The notes under the pieces: model-generated | What the model saw: only the letters and a program-made list of their open reading frames with translations | The model's database searches: none | Told to the model about the DNA's origin: nothing | Assembly (NCBI GenBank): GCA_030324005.1 | Contig: JARDVH010000157.1 | Location: 14,338,452 to 14,401,676 of the forward strand | Length of the DNA: 63,225 nt | Source: Negaprion brevirostris | Lineage: Eukaryota | Direction: 5' to 3' | Program-made: the position numbers and the translations under genes | Shown: piece after piece, positions 37,953 to 51,516 of the stretch | Layout: each line of letters opens with the position of its first letter | Numbering within the stretch: position 1 is the stretch's first letter

Positions 37953-38282
37953 GGTTCAATTTCAAAGAATGGTTAAAAGGTTGGGTTCAGGGTTGTGAAG
38001 TCTTGCGATTACCCATCAGACATCTCCGTGGGCACTGAAGATTTTAGTTTGTATCTGGGCAGGCTTCTTTTAAACAGATGTTAATAATGTGCGAGCATTA
38101 TCCGATGATGTTAACCATTTCATGTCTGAGCAATTTTATTGCATTCTAGGCTTCAAAACTGCAAAGCAGAAGGGGAAGGTGTGAAGATTGAACGAGCCAT
38201 ATTGACTGGTTAAGAACAATTTAATTTAAAAAGTGTCTTTAATATATCCCCAGGTGCCTCATAGGAGCATTATCAGACACAA

Positions 38283-38952
38283 TGAGAAGGATTTTCCTTC
38301 AGGTTTTCAGAATCCTGCCATCAGGATCAAGTGGGTATCAGAAGCACATACTGTTAGAAACAGCCACTCACTGTGATTTTCCCCAGAGCACTTGGTTAAT
38401 GACCACAGGGCCAGCTCACCATCCAATTCAGAACACTGGGTGGGGTTTCGAAGCTGCAAAGCTAATTGAAGGCCTTTCAGTTCGAAAGCAGTAACGTGAA
38501 GCAATATAAACGGTACGTGACAAAATAGACATTTCAAAATGGGCGATACGACTGTGATTTTCTGACCATTCACGCCGGTGAGATTTTCCGGTCCTGCCGA
38601 CAGGGTTTCCAATGGGAAACGCTGCTGACAAAAATGGGACCTGCTGGCCAATGGCAGGCTGCCTTCTGCGGTGGCGAAACCTGCAGTGGGTTGCTCTGTA
38701 AATCCCACCCATCCTCTCTCCAACATTTTTAAAGTTTAAATTAAAAAACAGCTTTACAGCCATTTTACAGTCTACGGGGCGATGTGTGGCTACTGCCGTT
38801 TCCAGGTACCTAACCTGGCCACCACCTCCTGTAAGAACATGAAAGCCAATTGGAAAATCCCACCCGGGGAACTGGCATGCCAGCCGGCAGTACTACAGTT
38901 AATGTCTGCCCATCTCCATGCCTCATCCCAGCAAGGGTTAAAAATCAAGCCC
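38283..38952. mobile_element. Non-autonomous DNA element (MITE-like) inserted in an L2-type tail
   Basis: Ends gagaaggatttt and aaaatcaagccc are imperfect inverted repeats; the flanks look like two halves of the L2 tail also seen at 34925-35055. Confidence 0.45.
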
Positions 38953-39653
38953 AAATCTGGGATGTTAGGACAGCTAACCCAATAATTGGTCAAAGAGGTA
39001 GGTTTTAAGGACATCTAAAAAAAACAAAGGGAAGTGGAGAGGCAGAGTTTTAGGGAAGGAACTCCGGAATTAGGGCCTAGTTGCTAAATGTACAGATAGT
39101 TATATGTTCAAGATTAAGGTTGGGAGAGGAAAGACCTATCTGAGAGTGAGAGGAAGACAATTAAACAGCAATACTTGTAAGCATTTGACTGTCTTGTCTG
39201 ACTCGTTTATTCATAGTCTGACTAACACACTGAAAACGCCTACAGCTCCTGATAACTTAATGCTGCTCTTTTTGAAATGTACAGATTGGAAAGATGTAAG
39301 CTTTGATTCCCAATGGTGCTGAGCTTCAGTCAGGATGAGTATGTGACATTACATTGGCCTCGATGAGCGGGTTCATCCCTGCTCCTGAGTGCTATTAAAG
39401 AAACTCTGCCATGAACCCGGAGCAAGACAGCAGCTGGCTTGACTCTGATGGTGAATAGCTGCCAACATTCTCTAGGTTCATACATGAACAATGTGCCATT
39501 TGGGGAAAGTAATGGACAGTCCCTCACAAAGTCCAGAATGGACCCTGGGCAGAGGCCCCAAATACTCATATGATTTTATCAACTCCTAACATGCAATGTG
39601 CCACATATGTTTTCACTCATATCATGCAATGTGCCACGTGTTTCAGCTCTTAC

Positions 39654-39844
39654 CACGTAAGGAAACATGCCTGGTTCCAGTCATTGCAAGTAGGTCCGGT
39701 TTAGCTTCAGTCACATCACTGTCTTTGATGCTCAACGAACCGGTTGTGGTGATTCCAGACCTATTGAATTCAGCGCTGCTATGCTTCACCTTGTTAGGTT
39801 CAAGCACATATTCCATCAGGGGATAGCGGAAGGCATCAAAACCA
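39654..39844 (-). CDS. MORN1: MORN1 internal coding exon (about exon 10)
   Basis: Acceptor ttctgttcacacag, donor gtaaga, 191 bp, phase 2 to 1. (F)GFDAFRYPLMEYVLEPNKVKHSSAEFNRSGITTTGSLSIKDSDVTEAKPDLLAMTGTRHVSLR continues the TPFGF...YP motif of MORN1. Confidence 0.92.
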
Positions 39845-40379
39845 CTGTGTGAACAGAAATTAAGAGTTTGAAATTTTAGTCACGTCTGGTATGGGGAAAA
39901 CCTCCCTTTATGAAACTCCATCCACACTAAGAGGGCAGCTAGCCTGAAATTAGGGCCTGAAATACGGAGAAAGGAAAGGGAAAAAACAGCAGTCATTTGT
40001 CTGTTATTCGGTCACATAGGAACAGCCTTTTCATTGAGATTAAGCAGTTCCTTGACCATACTTGAGGATAAATTGAGCTAGTGGTGAAACTCCCTCTCTT
40101 ATTATCTGCCCACCATAAGCAAGTTCATCATAGGAATGCAGGGATGGTACACGTTCCTATATTTGCAGAAGAAAGTCTACATCCTTATGGCTAGCTTGGA
40201 TCATTCCCAAAAATGGGCATCAGGATTGTGATGTGGGATTTACCCAAACCCAGTGACTGAAATGCAAGTGACCCTCTCTCTGCTAACCTTCTGCTAACTC
40301 TTGCTAACTTTTTGCTGCCTGCTGTTTAGATTAGTGCAGCCAGCACTAATCATTGGCTGGATTCATCAGCATGGGGCCC

Positions 40380-42960
40380 AAAATCATAACTTCTTAGCAC
40401 TTCTCAAGGCTAGTCTGCGCCTCTTGGGATGATGTATTGTGGTTGGAGTAAGTGCTGACAGTCATGTAAAAAGAGATTCTGACTGAGGAAACAATAAAGA
40501 ATGAGACAACACGGGGGAAACAAGGTTTTTAGACACTGCACTGGAGGTCTTAGTGGTGGAGGTGAAAGGTAGGAGAGATAATATCCTGTATTTTGAGTGA
40601 CTCCTGGTGCCCTGCGGATTCAAGTGGGAACAGAGTTCATGGAGGTCAATGCCAGGAGTCTCTGCCCAAGAATCTACAGGCAGTGCCACAAAATGTTCAA
40701 TGCTCTCACACGAGCAGTGGTCAGTGAATGTGTTGCCAAATGCCATATTCTCATTTATGCACAAATAGCCTCAGACGATGCTCAGTTCATCACAACTTCA
40801 CTCACATACCAACAATTGCTATCCATCAGAACTCATGTCTGATATATGCTTCACCTCACCTTCATACACTTAGACTGCTGAAAGCCTCACATCCACATTT
40901 GCCAAGTTATGCACATTGCCAGCTATTCAACCATGATAGCCATGACAGCCAAACAGAATTCATAGCACACACAGACACACTTCTTTCTGTCTCTTGCAGG
41001 ACAAGGTAGCACACAACCAGAGCAACCACAGCTAACTCAGAGGGCAACAGTCACATTTGTGTATTCTAACCCCACAGAGGAGATGGTCGTGGCCATTATT
41101 GGTTTGCTAATTGAAGATGATGGTAACCTCATATTTAATTGTCCTCGTCATATTCCACCAACTCCTCATCCAATATTCTCTTCTGATTTGCAAATATGCA
41201 AATGCTATTTTGCTCCCTCCTCATGCTACCAAGAAATGCAACCTGGCCAGACAATGGAGGAACAGTGAGCAGGCAATGATGGTAAAAATATACCATCACA
41301 CAACAATGCATGGAAAGCTACCAATTCAAATACTGATATGTGCATCATTTAGAATAGGGGTGCGATCTATAACTGGTGAGACACCTGGCTGAAGTGGTCT
41401 CCAACCAGGCCAGAGAAATGGATAGTGGATACATGAACTTGCCAGAGGGCATGGCCACACACAAATTCTGTTACAGAGGACTCAGAAGAAAGACCAACAG
41501 GGTATGTTACAGAAGGGGATTCAAAAGTATGCAGAATGAAATGTTTGGTTTATTGGCAGATTTGCCAGAAACACAGTGCGGTACTAACTTCATAGAAGCA
41601 TATAATCATAGAATCCCTACAGTACAGGAAGAGGTCATTTGAGCCATCAAACTTGCACCGACAACAATCCCACCCAAGCTCTATCCCTGTAACCCCACAT
41701 ATTTACACTGCCAATCCCCCTGATACTAAGGGGCAATTTTAGCATGGCCAATCCAGCTAACCCTTTGGACTATGGGAGGAAATTGGAGCACCCGGAGAAA
41801 ACCCACGCAGACACCGGGGAGAACATGCAGATTCCACGTAGGCAGTCGCCCAAGGCTGGAATTCAATCCGGGTCCGCGGCGTTGTGAGGTAGCAGTGCTA
41901 ACCACTTTGCACTGTGCTGCCCTTCTGGCACGGGGCTTTGTGCAGAGCTTACAGGTGGCAGCCAGCTCCATTAGCAGGCCTGTGGACCTGATTGTAGTGT
42001 AGCTTCTAAGGGTAGATGTCTAAGCTTCTTATTACTGCGTAAGCAGCTTTCACCAGAGGCCAGAGTGCTGCTGTGCAAGCTCAGACCAAAATCAGCTGAG
42101 TCAACTTGCTGCTGGGCAAGCTCAGACGGCAGCCATCATCTCTGCAGATATCAGTTTTCAAAGGGACTTGCACTGTGTCACAGCAGTCCAGTAATCTGTC
42201 CTTCCACAGGTCACTGGGATTGCTGAGGTGCCATCCCATGGTAGTGCTCCATGACAAATGAATTGCAATCCCCTCCCAGGATGATAGTACTCTTTGTCCC
42301 ATCCTGGGACTCCACCATTGCTGTGTCAGCTAGCCAGGCCAGACTGCTGCTGCCCATGCCAAGGTAGTGCAGTCTGAAGCCTTGCTTCTAGGCCTAGAAC
42401 TGCTCAAGCTGTATTCCAGTATCCCCAACTGGATTTCAACAGCCTTTCACCAGTTATAATGAGGTTGCACTTGTCAGAGCACTAGGGAAGGTAAAGCCAC
42501 ATGGAGGACAGGCACTAATGGAATGCGCAAGGGTTCATGTTTCACTGCAATATGTCAATACTATAATTTATAAATGTCATTTGGAATGTTTATTTTGTGG
42601 TGATTTTTATTCCAGCATTGAGGCCAAGATGGTGATGTGATGAACGGTGATAAAGGGAAGGGAAGTTGTTGTGCAGTTGATAAATGGAGAATTGTGGTTA
42701 CGGTTATTGGTTTCTCACTAAAAGTAGTTCTTCACATACATTCCAAAAAGAAAAGAGCTGTCTAGGATGCTTCCACCTTTCCACTTTCTCCTTTGCCTCC
42801 TTCTCTCTCTTGTAACAGCTTGACCTGTTCTGTGTGACCTCTGCTCATCCTTTCAGTGATAATGTATTCAAAAGGAAAGGCATACCAGTGCACCCATATC
42901 CAGCAGCAATTGCTTGTGCAGAAGCCTTGGAGTCAGCAAGAAGTCTTTCAGCACCTGTCA
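40380..42960. mobile_element. Decayed PIF/Harbinger DNA transposon (Myb/SANT ORF on plus, nuclease tail on minus)
   Basis: RFLDTALEVLVVEVKGRRDNIL...EVNARSLCPRIYRQCHKMFNALTR, intron gtcagt(40720)..ttgcag(40999), then DKVAHNQ..PTEEMVVAIIG; possible convergent nuclease 3' end at ~42720-42950. Confidence 0.75.
41600..41920 (-). mobile_element. HE1-like V-SINE nested in the Harbinger relic
   Basis: Head and tail motifs on the minus strand. Confidence 0.88.
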
Positions 42961-43129
42961 TATCATGGGGGGTGGGGGGGGAAGAGTGCACAGTGAGGGT
43001 GGTGGGAGCACAAGAGNNNNNNNNNNGAGGGTGTCCTTCTTACCGTTTCATGCATGTTCAGCTGTGTGAAATTAAGAAAGGGCATTGACTGGAGCATTTG
43101 CTCCAAAGAGACATCACTGTCATTCAAGC

Positions 43130-43510
43130 ATGTGGAGGCAGTGGCATAGTAACCGAATGGCCCAGAGGCAAGCTGTGAGGACAAGGTTTCAAGTCCCACT
43201 GTGGTGGAATTGAAATTCAGTTAACAATGTGAATTGAAACTGCTAGTCTCAGTAATACTGACCATGATTATCACTAAAGAAATCCGTCAACTGTCATAAG
43301 AAAGTCCGTCCGGTTCACTAATGTCCTTTAGAGAAGGAAATCTGCTGTTCTTACCTGGTCAGGCCTACAAGTGACTTCAGATCCACAGCAATGTGGTTGA
43401 CTTTTAATGACCCTCTAAAATACTGTGTCACTCAGTTCAAGAGCAATTAGGGATGGGCAATAAGTGCTGGCCTTACCAGCAATGCCCACATCCTGTGGAA
43501 GAATAAACAA
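43130..43510 (+). mobile_element. Shark tRNA-derived SINE
   Basis: gaggcagtggcatagt head, ggttcactaatgtcctttag core, caattagggatgggcaataa tail. Confidence 0.78.
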
Positions 43511-44685
43511 ACCAAAAAATCTGCACTGCATGCAGATTAACTTCATGATCTGTCTATTCTGTGTATTTCTCAAGGAGGTTAGCTGCACATGTGTTAATAC
43601 CCTCCCCTATATGATGTCCAGCATAATTTGTGACAGGAATGTGTGCAAACACGCTTAACACCATTTTAGTCTGCAATCAACATACATAGTGCCCACGAAG
43701 TCCAATTTTGTACTCCCCATCTTCTATGAACATCAGCCAGAAATCTCAATGCAGCCTGCCTGCCAAGTTTAAATGGTGGCAGGATCCTTAAGATTGCTGT
43801 CCCTTTACTGTCAGGTCACCCAGGTAGAATACATTCCCCACTAAAAAATAGCACACAGAGGAATCACAGCTGCAAGGTGTTGTACATGGGACATTTTATA
43901 TGGATTCTCTATCAGGGAAAGTGTCAAAAATATATTGCATCAAGAACCACGTATTTCAGAGTTAGCTGTTTCCCTGATGACTCAATGGGTACATGCAGTG
44001 AATGGTACTGACCTACACCCAAGCCATGACATCTGCGATTTTAACTAATCTGAGACAGGGCGAGTATATGGACTACAATTGGCCTCAGAGATCCTGGGCA
44101 AAGGGAGGAAAGGAATTAGCCAAGGCTGCTGACCATCATCTAGTACAAGGGTTCTCAAACTGTGCGCACAACCTCAGAAGCCCAATGATTACTGTCAAGA
44201 GGAGACTCTGGCAAGACAGTCCTAGGATCGGTGGTGAGGCCTCATTACATGTATGCTCAAACACTCCCCGATCCCCCACCACCACCCTGTCAACAGCTTA
44301 TGTACCCCCACTCAGCAACTTACAGGCCACTCAACAACTCGATAACATACGTCTCCCACTCGGCAATTTACGCCCCCACTCAATGACTCTCCCCAGTTCT
44401 TAATCTGGGGTTGTAACAATTTTCAAGCATTAAAGTGGAGTCAGGGTCAGGAAAAGTTTGGTGACTTCCAATGCAAAGAATCTACATGTATATGTATGTC
44501 CATGGGTTCAATAAGGCGACAAATCAGTTTGAGGCACTTGAATAATTGAACACCATGCCAACATTTACTATCCAGGTTCACACATGGTGATTAGCAACCT
44601 GGAATGAGAATGGTATCTTACGAGGGAAATGAGGAGATAAACAATCTGAATGAGGCAGGTCAGTATTGTATCCTTATCCACTTAC

Positions 44686-44806
44686 AATGGTGTTTCAAAA
44701 AGAGATTCTTCCAGATCCAGCATCTCCAGGAAGGTGTCACTGCCAGTTGGGGACAGCTTATTGTGCTTGACGCCTGCCCAGATCTGCAACATGCGCCCAT
44801 TTTCAG
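44686..44806 (-). CDS. MORN1: MORN1 internal coding exon (about exon 9)
   Basis: Acceptor ttttgtctctttttag, donor gtaagt, 121 bp, phase 1 to 2. (A)ENGRMLQIWAGVKHNKLSPTGSDTFLEMLDLEESLFETP matches recalled MORN1 ESGRVLQISAGVRY...LIQTP. Confidence 0.95.
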
Positions 44807-45494
44807 CTAAAAAGAGACAAAAGCAAATCACGATTAAGGCACTGATTTCCCTTTCAGTCCGTCTTCTATATATGAGCCAGTGACTGACCGGAGTGGCCTT
44901 GGCTCACAGTTTATGATCATATTGGCTACCCTAGCAACTTGGTTTTAGTTGCTCTTATATTTTGTGTCTGTTTGAATAGAGCTGTTGTCTCTTTGCCAGA
45001 TAAAAAGTCTTGATGAGATAATTAGGTTCTGTTGGTATCAGCAATTTGAGGTACTTTGGAATTTATAGAGAACATGGATTCAGATCTGCCACATTGCCCA
45101 TAAGGCTCAATGCTACAAAAGACAAAGGTTTTGGACACTCCTAGTTTATGAGGTCATCCAAACATCTGAATCACATTACAGGCTTGGAGAATACTAAATG
45201 GCCATTCAAATACCTTCTAAACTGCATTTTCTATATTCCAAAAGAGATCACACACAGTGTGCCACATTTTTTTCATTTTAAGTATAAACAAAAAATTATA
45301 TTTTGCCCACCTCCATTTTGTTTTATGCACCCCATTTCCTGGCAAAGTGACCAGCTGTCAACCCAGTTCCAAATTTTGCTGGAAAACTCATTTACTATTT
45401 CTCAGTGCATTAGCAAAAAGTTAAATATGTCCAATAACAGAGTTTTATTTATTTGCTAGTTCCATGCTCTTCCTCCTGAGAGTACCAACTCTTT

Positions 45495-45850
45495 GAATCG
45501 TAGAATCCCTACAGTGCAGGAGAGGCCATTTGGCCCACTGAGTCTGCATCGACTCTCCGACAGAGTATTTTTGCCCAGGCCCAACATCCACCCTATTCCC
45601 ATAACCCCGTACATTTACCCCATTAATCCCCCTAACCTACACATCTTGCGAGATTAATGGGCAATTTAGCATGGCCAATTCACCTAACATGCACACCTTT
45701 TGGATTGTGGGAGGAAACTGGAGCACTCGGAGGAAGACAACAAAGACACAGGAGAACATGCAAAATCCACACGGTCACTTAAGGCTGGAATTGAACCAGA
45801 TTCCCTGGAGCTGTGAGGCAGCAGTGCTAACCACTGTGGCACCATGTTAC
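45495..45850 (-). mobile_element. HE1-like V-SINE
   Basis: Head and tail motifs on the minus strand. Confidence 0.88.
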
Positions 45851-45879
45851 CCTTCCTGGGGTACCTTGCCAAAAGGCTA

Positions 45880-46290
45880 TTTTCTTTAAAGGGAGTGCAG
45901 CAAAGATTTATTGATTCCTGGGATGAGCGGATTGTCGGTTGAGAGGTTAAATAGACTAGGCCAATACTCTCTGGCGTTCAGAAGAACGAGAAGTAATGTA
46001 ATTGAAATATAAAATTCTTCACGAGCTTGATAGGATGAATGCTGGCAGAACATTTCCCCCAGTTGGTCGGTCTACAACTAGGGGTCATAGTGTCAGAGTT
46101 AGGGGCTTAACAATGAGGTGAGTAGAAATTTCAAAGGGCTGTGAATTCCTGGAGTTCTCGACCCAGAGATCTGCAGATGCTCCATCATTAACTGTAGCCA
46201 AAGCAAAGATTAATACTTTTTTTGGTATAAAGGGAATCAGAGATATGGGGATAATGTGTAGTTGAAATAGAATATCAGCCACGATCACAC
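45880..46290 (+). mobile_element. Degraded CR1 3' end
   Basis: gagtgcagcaaagattt..., actaggggtcatag and tail motifs. Confidence 0.75.
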
Positions 46291-46399
46291 TAAATTACAA
46301 TCACGATGAATCAAACTCGGATGACAAAGAATTCCAGTTATGTTGAAGCCACAGCCATTCCCACTCAGAGTGGGAATTCTATAGAATGATGCCTGTGCT

Positions 46400-46790
46400 G
46401 GGCAAAACTCCAAACTGGCTGTTCCAGGTTAGCCAAACTTGTCTAAACTTGACTGTAGCAACCAGAGTGGAGTTAGACCACACAAGAGTGCAAAATTAAG
46501 GTGCACAGAGCACAGAAAGGATGGGAAAACCCGAGGCATGGCTAAACCTGGGAGAAAGTTGACGGTGTTGTTGAGGATATTCTCATCTCCGGTTCAATCC
46601 TGTAGAGAAACATGTGCTTCAACGTTGTAGAGGCTGATGAATGGCTGCCTGCTCAGCTGCCATGCCATGAAGGCCATCGAGATGTTCTGGAAATTTGCAA
46701 CATTGCACAAAAACACTGAAAACATGTTTGACTTCACCGACAGCATGGCGGGCTGGGTCGGGCACAATGGAAAATAGCATGCCAATCAGA
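46400..46790 (+). mobile_element. Possible RTE-clade RT remnant
   Basis: STL / EADEW / H.MKAIEMF resembles RTE TLLYG.E.W...H.K.LE.F. Confidence 0.3.
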
Positions 46791-47207
46791 AAAAGATTGC
46801 AGAGATTTTCCAGATCTCACTCCCGGAATTTCTCAATGCAAGGCCCCAGTTTTTTGCAAAGTCAGGTCATTCTAAGCTGTGAATAAAATGAATAAAGACT
46901 TTTTTTTACATATTTAATGCTTTATTCTTTTTATTTGGCATCTGAACCTGTTATTTTTGGCACAGACCACATTTGTAGGCATATCAGGTTGCATAGATAC
47001 ATTCATGAGAGAATGGCTTGTACGAAACTCCTCTTAACCCAAATTTGGAGGCAGTTCCCCTGCGATTCAACTCAATGAGATTCTATTGTATGATGACAAC
47101 TTGATGGGCTCCTTATTTCTTATTTTCATGACAGAGATTGTTGGCGGGCTATTTGGTTATGGGATGGCATCACAACTGAGTCCAATCTTGTCCTCAGCCC
47201 AACATGC

Positions 47208-47502
47208 AAGGGGTCATAGTTGTAGTGTAAGAGCGGGGAGGTTCCAGACAGAGATAAGAAAAAGCTACTTCTCACAGAGGGTTGTGAATCTATGGAACTC
47301 ACTGCCCCAGAGTGCAGTGGATGCAAAATCAATCTATGAATTCAAGAAAGTGATAGATAAATATTTGATCAAAAGCTGGATAAAGGGCTACAGGGAAAGG
47401 CAGGGAAGTGGAATTAGGAGATTAGCCATGATTATATAGAATGGCAGAGCAGCTTGAAAGGCTGAATTGCCTACTCTTGCTCCTAATTCCTATGTTCCTA
47501 TG
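47208..47502 (+). mobile_element. CR1 3' end
   Basis: RGHS...FQTEIRKSYFSQRVVNLWNSLPQSAV. Confidence 0.9.
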
Positions 47503-48059
47503 CAAACACACATGTACTTCCCAGCAGAGGCCAGCAGTGGGAATTATGACTGTTTCTCTCTTCCCTAGATTGGGATCTCTGAGGCTAGTTGCAGAAAGTT
47601 CTGTCACTGCCCCAGTTCATACCCACTAACTCAGCCCCAGTGAAAAAGCTGAAAATACAAGTATGACACATTTATTAACCTGACAACAAAAAGAAATCCA
47701 GTATTTTTTCACATATACTTTTGTTGGCATAGCAACAAGGCAATAAATTCTTTTGCACAGCTGGAATATAACATCTGTGCACTAGTAAGACTCTTGGTGG
47801 ATTTTTCAGTTCGTAGCCATCAGTGGAGTGTTACCAGGTATCTGTTGTCACAACAATGGTTTCGAGTTATTGCTGCTATTATATGGGCAACAGATGGATT
47901 GGTCACCTGACCGCGAGCAGATTAACCAGGCATTTTATAACTTCCACAGCGAACGCTATAACATCAGAGTGCTACGCCTGCCAAAAGGAAACATGAGAGA
48001 ATCTGGCTGCCTCGTTTCTTCCCAAAGATAGCTGTGAGGGGAATACAACTCGATCCACT

Positions 48060-48520
48060 TCTTAACATTTTGGCAAAAGGAGATCACTGGAGGGAGATTT
48101 TACTGCACTATTGAGTAACTCTCCTGGTTACCCAACTGAATGCTACAAAAACATTTTGCCCAAGCTACCCAACCTGACTCAAAGCTGTTAACACATATCA
48201 TTGATGCTGGAATGATGCCCAGCACCTGGAGGCAAGCCACGTTATAGCTTAGACATTAAGGAAAATCAAAAAGGATTTGTTAAATTCGGCTCTTCGCACC
48301 TAATTTTCTCCTCTCCTTCTGAAGTTGCTGAATCTTGTTGGGCTATTGCCTCATGAGTGACATCTGGTATCTCGCCCATGTGGCCACCCCTTCGTGTGCG
48401 CCTCAATGGTGAGTCACCGCAGACTATTTGAACGGAGAGAAGCCAAGTTTTGCTCTCACCAAATCTCCACACAGCAGGCTTCAGTGTTTGACAGCAATCA
48501 GGTAAGACAGGCCTGGTTGA
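48060..48520 (+). mobile_element. Decayed non-LTR RT N-terminal remnant (Ingi/Vingi/RTEX-like)
   Basis: LLTHIIDAGMMPSTWRQA, then P..LLS..KLL, QQ(A)GF and QV motifs in RT order. Confidence 0.55.
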
Positions 48521-49749
48521 TTACTTTGCTGCCCCCCCTCCCTTCTCTTGTCCCAGGGACACTGATGCCAATTTACTGTTTCCACTGCTGCCCCGACTAC
48601 TGGGGCCAATTTTCATCTTCAGGTCTATGTGATTTCTAAATGATTTAAAGCTGTTGCAAATCCCACCCGAAAGGTCAAATGCTAATAACACTCAATTCTC
48701 CAAAGTGTGCTAATTTGCATAATTATTCATTACACAGTGCAGGCTCTGATGGGTCTGGGGAAGTCACTGGCGTTAGGAGATGAACATTGTAAGTAAGTTA
48801 TAATTAAAGGAATGGGAACAATTTACACTCGGAAGCAATGCCAAATAACAAGTATCATCAATTCTTCTTATTGAGGAAAAGAAGAGTTTTGCCTGCTGTG
48901 GCCAATCAAGTCAACAGTGAAAACAGCTCAGAATTCACTTCCTCTGTTTCTCCATGCCTCAGGGAAAACCTCTCTCTATGCCATTCTACAGAGCTGAACT
49001 AAGTTCAGCATATGGGAAATATCTTTAGAGACGCCACTCCCTAGCACAGCTTCAGAAATGTGTTTGTCCTGGTGTGTGTGGCAGAGCTTCACACTGGGCA
49101 GAATTATCGGAGAAGCGAGAGGCATTTGTTTCTATTAATACAAGTTGGATGAGCAGAACTCCATAGTGAGCCTATCGCTATGGATCCGACTCTCTCTATA
49201 AACAAAGCAGACTATCATCGGCCCACAGGGAGATCTGTCTCCACAGGCCCCACTTGCAAGCTCTAACTCTTAAAAAGCTGGACAAGTGCCAGTTTATAGT
49301 AAGGGCTGTCTCTGCAGGCCTCCTTTATTGTCTCATTTCTATAATAAAGCTGAACAAGCACCAGTCTATAGCAGCCGGTCTTGACAGTCCCACATATGCT
49401 CTCTCCGCAATTTAAAAAAGCTTTTCTTCAAGTTTCACCCGGTGTCTTCATATTTCCTTTCTAAATTCAATATTTGGCATNNNNNNNNNNNNNNNNNNNN
49501 NNNNNNNNNNNNNNNNNNNNNNNNNTTTTCATTCCTGTTTATTGTTCACAGGTCTTTTCTCTCTCTCTTTGACCTTGCAGCCTGTTTTTTATTTTATTCT
49601 TCACTATGCTTTCCCTTCCTACCTATCCGTTTCTCAGGTCTCATTGCATAGCAGCTCTCTGCGCCAAATATATCAGCTCTAGCATGCTGATTTCAGGTCA
49701 GCTTCTTTATATAACTATTGTCCTTTATTAGCTTCATTGGCTTCTGTTA

Positions 49750-50050
49750 GAATTGTAGAATCCCAAAATGTAGAAGGCCCATCAAGCCTGCACTGACAAC
49801 AATCCCACCCAGGCGCTATCCCTGTAACCTCATGTATTTACCCTGTTAATCCCCCTGACACTAAGGGACAATTTAGCATGGCCAATCCACCTAACCCACG
49901 AAACTTTGAACTGTGGGAGGAAACCAGGGCACTCAAAGGAAACCCATGCAGATGTGGGGAAAATGTGCAAACTCCACACAGACAGTCACTCAAGGCTGGA
50001 ATTGAACCCTGATGTTGTGAGGCAGCAGTGCTCACCACTGTGCTGCCCCT
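49750..50050 (-). mobile_element. HE1-like V-SINE
   Basis: Head and tail motifs on the minus strand. Confidence 0.88.
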
Positions 50051-51516
50051 GTTGTTCAATTCCAAAATCTCTATTTGCACCTTTACCTTTATTCCCATTT
50101 CCTTTCTGACATTTGCTAAAAAAATTCACCTAGGCAGCTCTTTTTCCTTGCATGAGCCTTGACATTAATCGCTAACAGGGCATTCCACCATGGGGGTCAC
50201 CTTATCTGGATTTGATCTTGTCCTCAACTGACATCCAAATACATGTCCTTTCCTACTTGAGTCACCGACTCACTGTCCAGATCAGGTGCTTGGTCTGTAT
50301 TTCTCAGTTTTACGTCTGACAATGAGCCAACAGTGGAAGAAGCCATGCCTATTTACTTTGAGCCCACCCAGTTCAGCAGACGAGTAGAAAATGGACATGA
50401 TCAGACTGCATTTACCTATGAATCAGACACCACTCTGCTCATTGTAAACAAGGCATTGGGTGCAATAGCACAAAGTCAGATCAGCATCAAGTCCTTTCAG
50501 GGCTCACAAATTTGTGAGCATTTGTAGGAAATGCTCTCATAGCCTGACAGTTTGTTCCTTCCAAAAATTAGTCTTTTTGTTGCCAGCCAGCCAGCTTGTC
50601 AGTTTGGGTTTGGTTTGGATCAGTTTTGCTAGTGGGGAACCAGTGTTGCAACTGACAGGTCCTAGCCATTAGCAAGCATTTGCTGTCTGTGAAATAAATT
50701 AAATTGGAGTCTTGCTCTTTCAGGTACCCTTTGCGCATTTAAAAGATGTGAAATTAGGTCATCTGCTGCAGGCTGTCGTGCGTGACATCTAGCGATGCAC
50801 AATCCAAGATAATGGGAGCAAGTGGCTGCTTTATTCACACCTCCCAGCCCCATTAGTCTTTTTTTCCCAAAAAGAATTCCTGTGCAGGTTTAACATTTCT
50901 CTGCATGCTATTAAAGACAGAATAAAGCCTTAAAGGAGTATAAAAATACATTAGAACATTGGTACTAGCTCACCAAATAATAAGAGACTGTTTCTGAGAC
51001 CAGTTATTCTTAATACGTGGAGAAATTCCGCTTTTTTCCAACCACATGGTGTCTGCTGCACCTTATCCTGAATAGTGAACTCCGCCAGAGCTATTTCATG
51101 TCCTCTGTTCTCAGGGTCCTCACTCTGCTGCTGGAGTTTGGTTCATCACCCAACTGGTAATTCCTGCCAGTCTATGGAACTGGAGTAGGGGTTGCTGGTG
51201 GGAGGTGGTGGTACTAGGGGCAGAAAGGAAAAGCATCACATCCAAGCTTAATCCTGTTCTTGCCCAACATTTATGTTCTTTCCGATTGGGCCCACCACAA
51301 AGTGATCAGCAGCATTGAAGCCAAATGCAACTGTGCAGTTGTTACCCCGAATGGGGTTAGACAACTAGGCAGCAAGGCTTTCCAAACCTGTATAACTTGG
51401 TTCCACGACAGACAGTGCATGTGCCCACCAAGCCACTTAGGCAGTGGTAAGTCTTGACTGGTGTTTGCCTGTGATATCTGGAAGACCCGCAATTAGGATA
51501 ATGGATGGTTCCTTAC

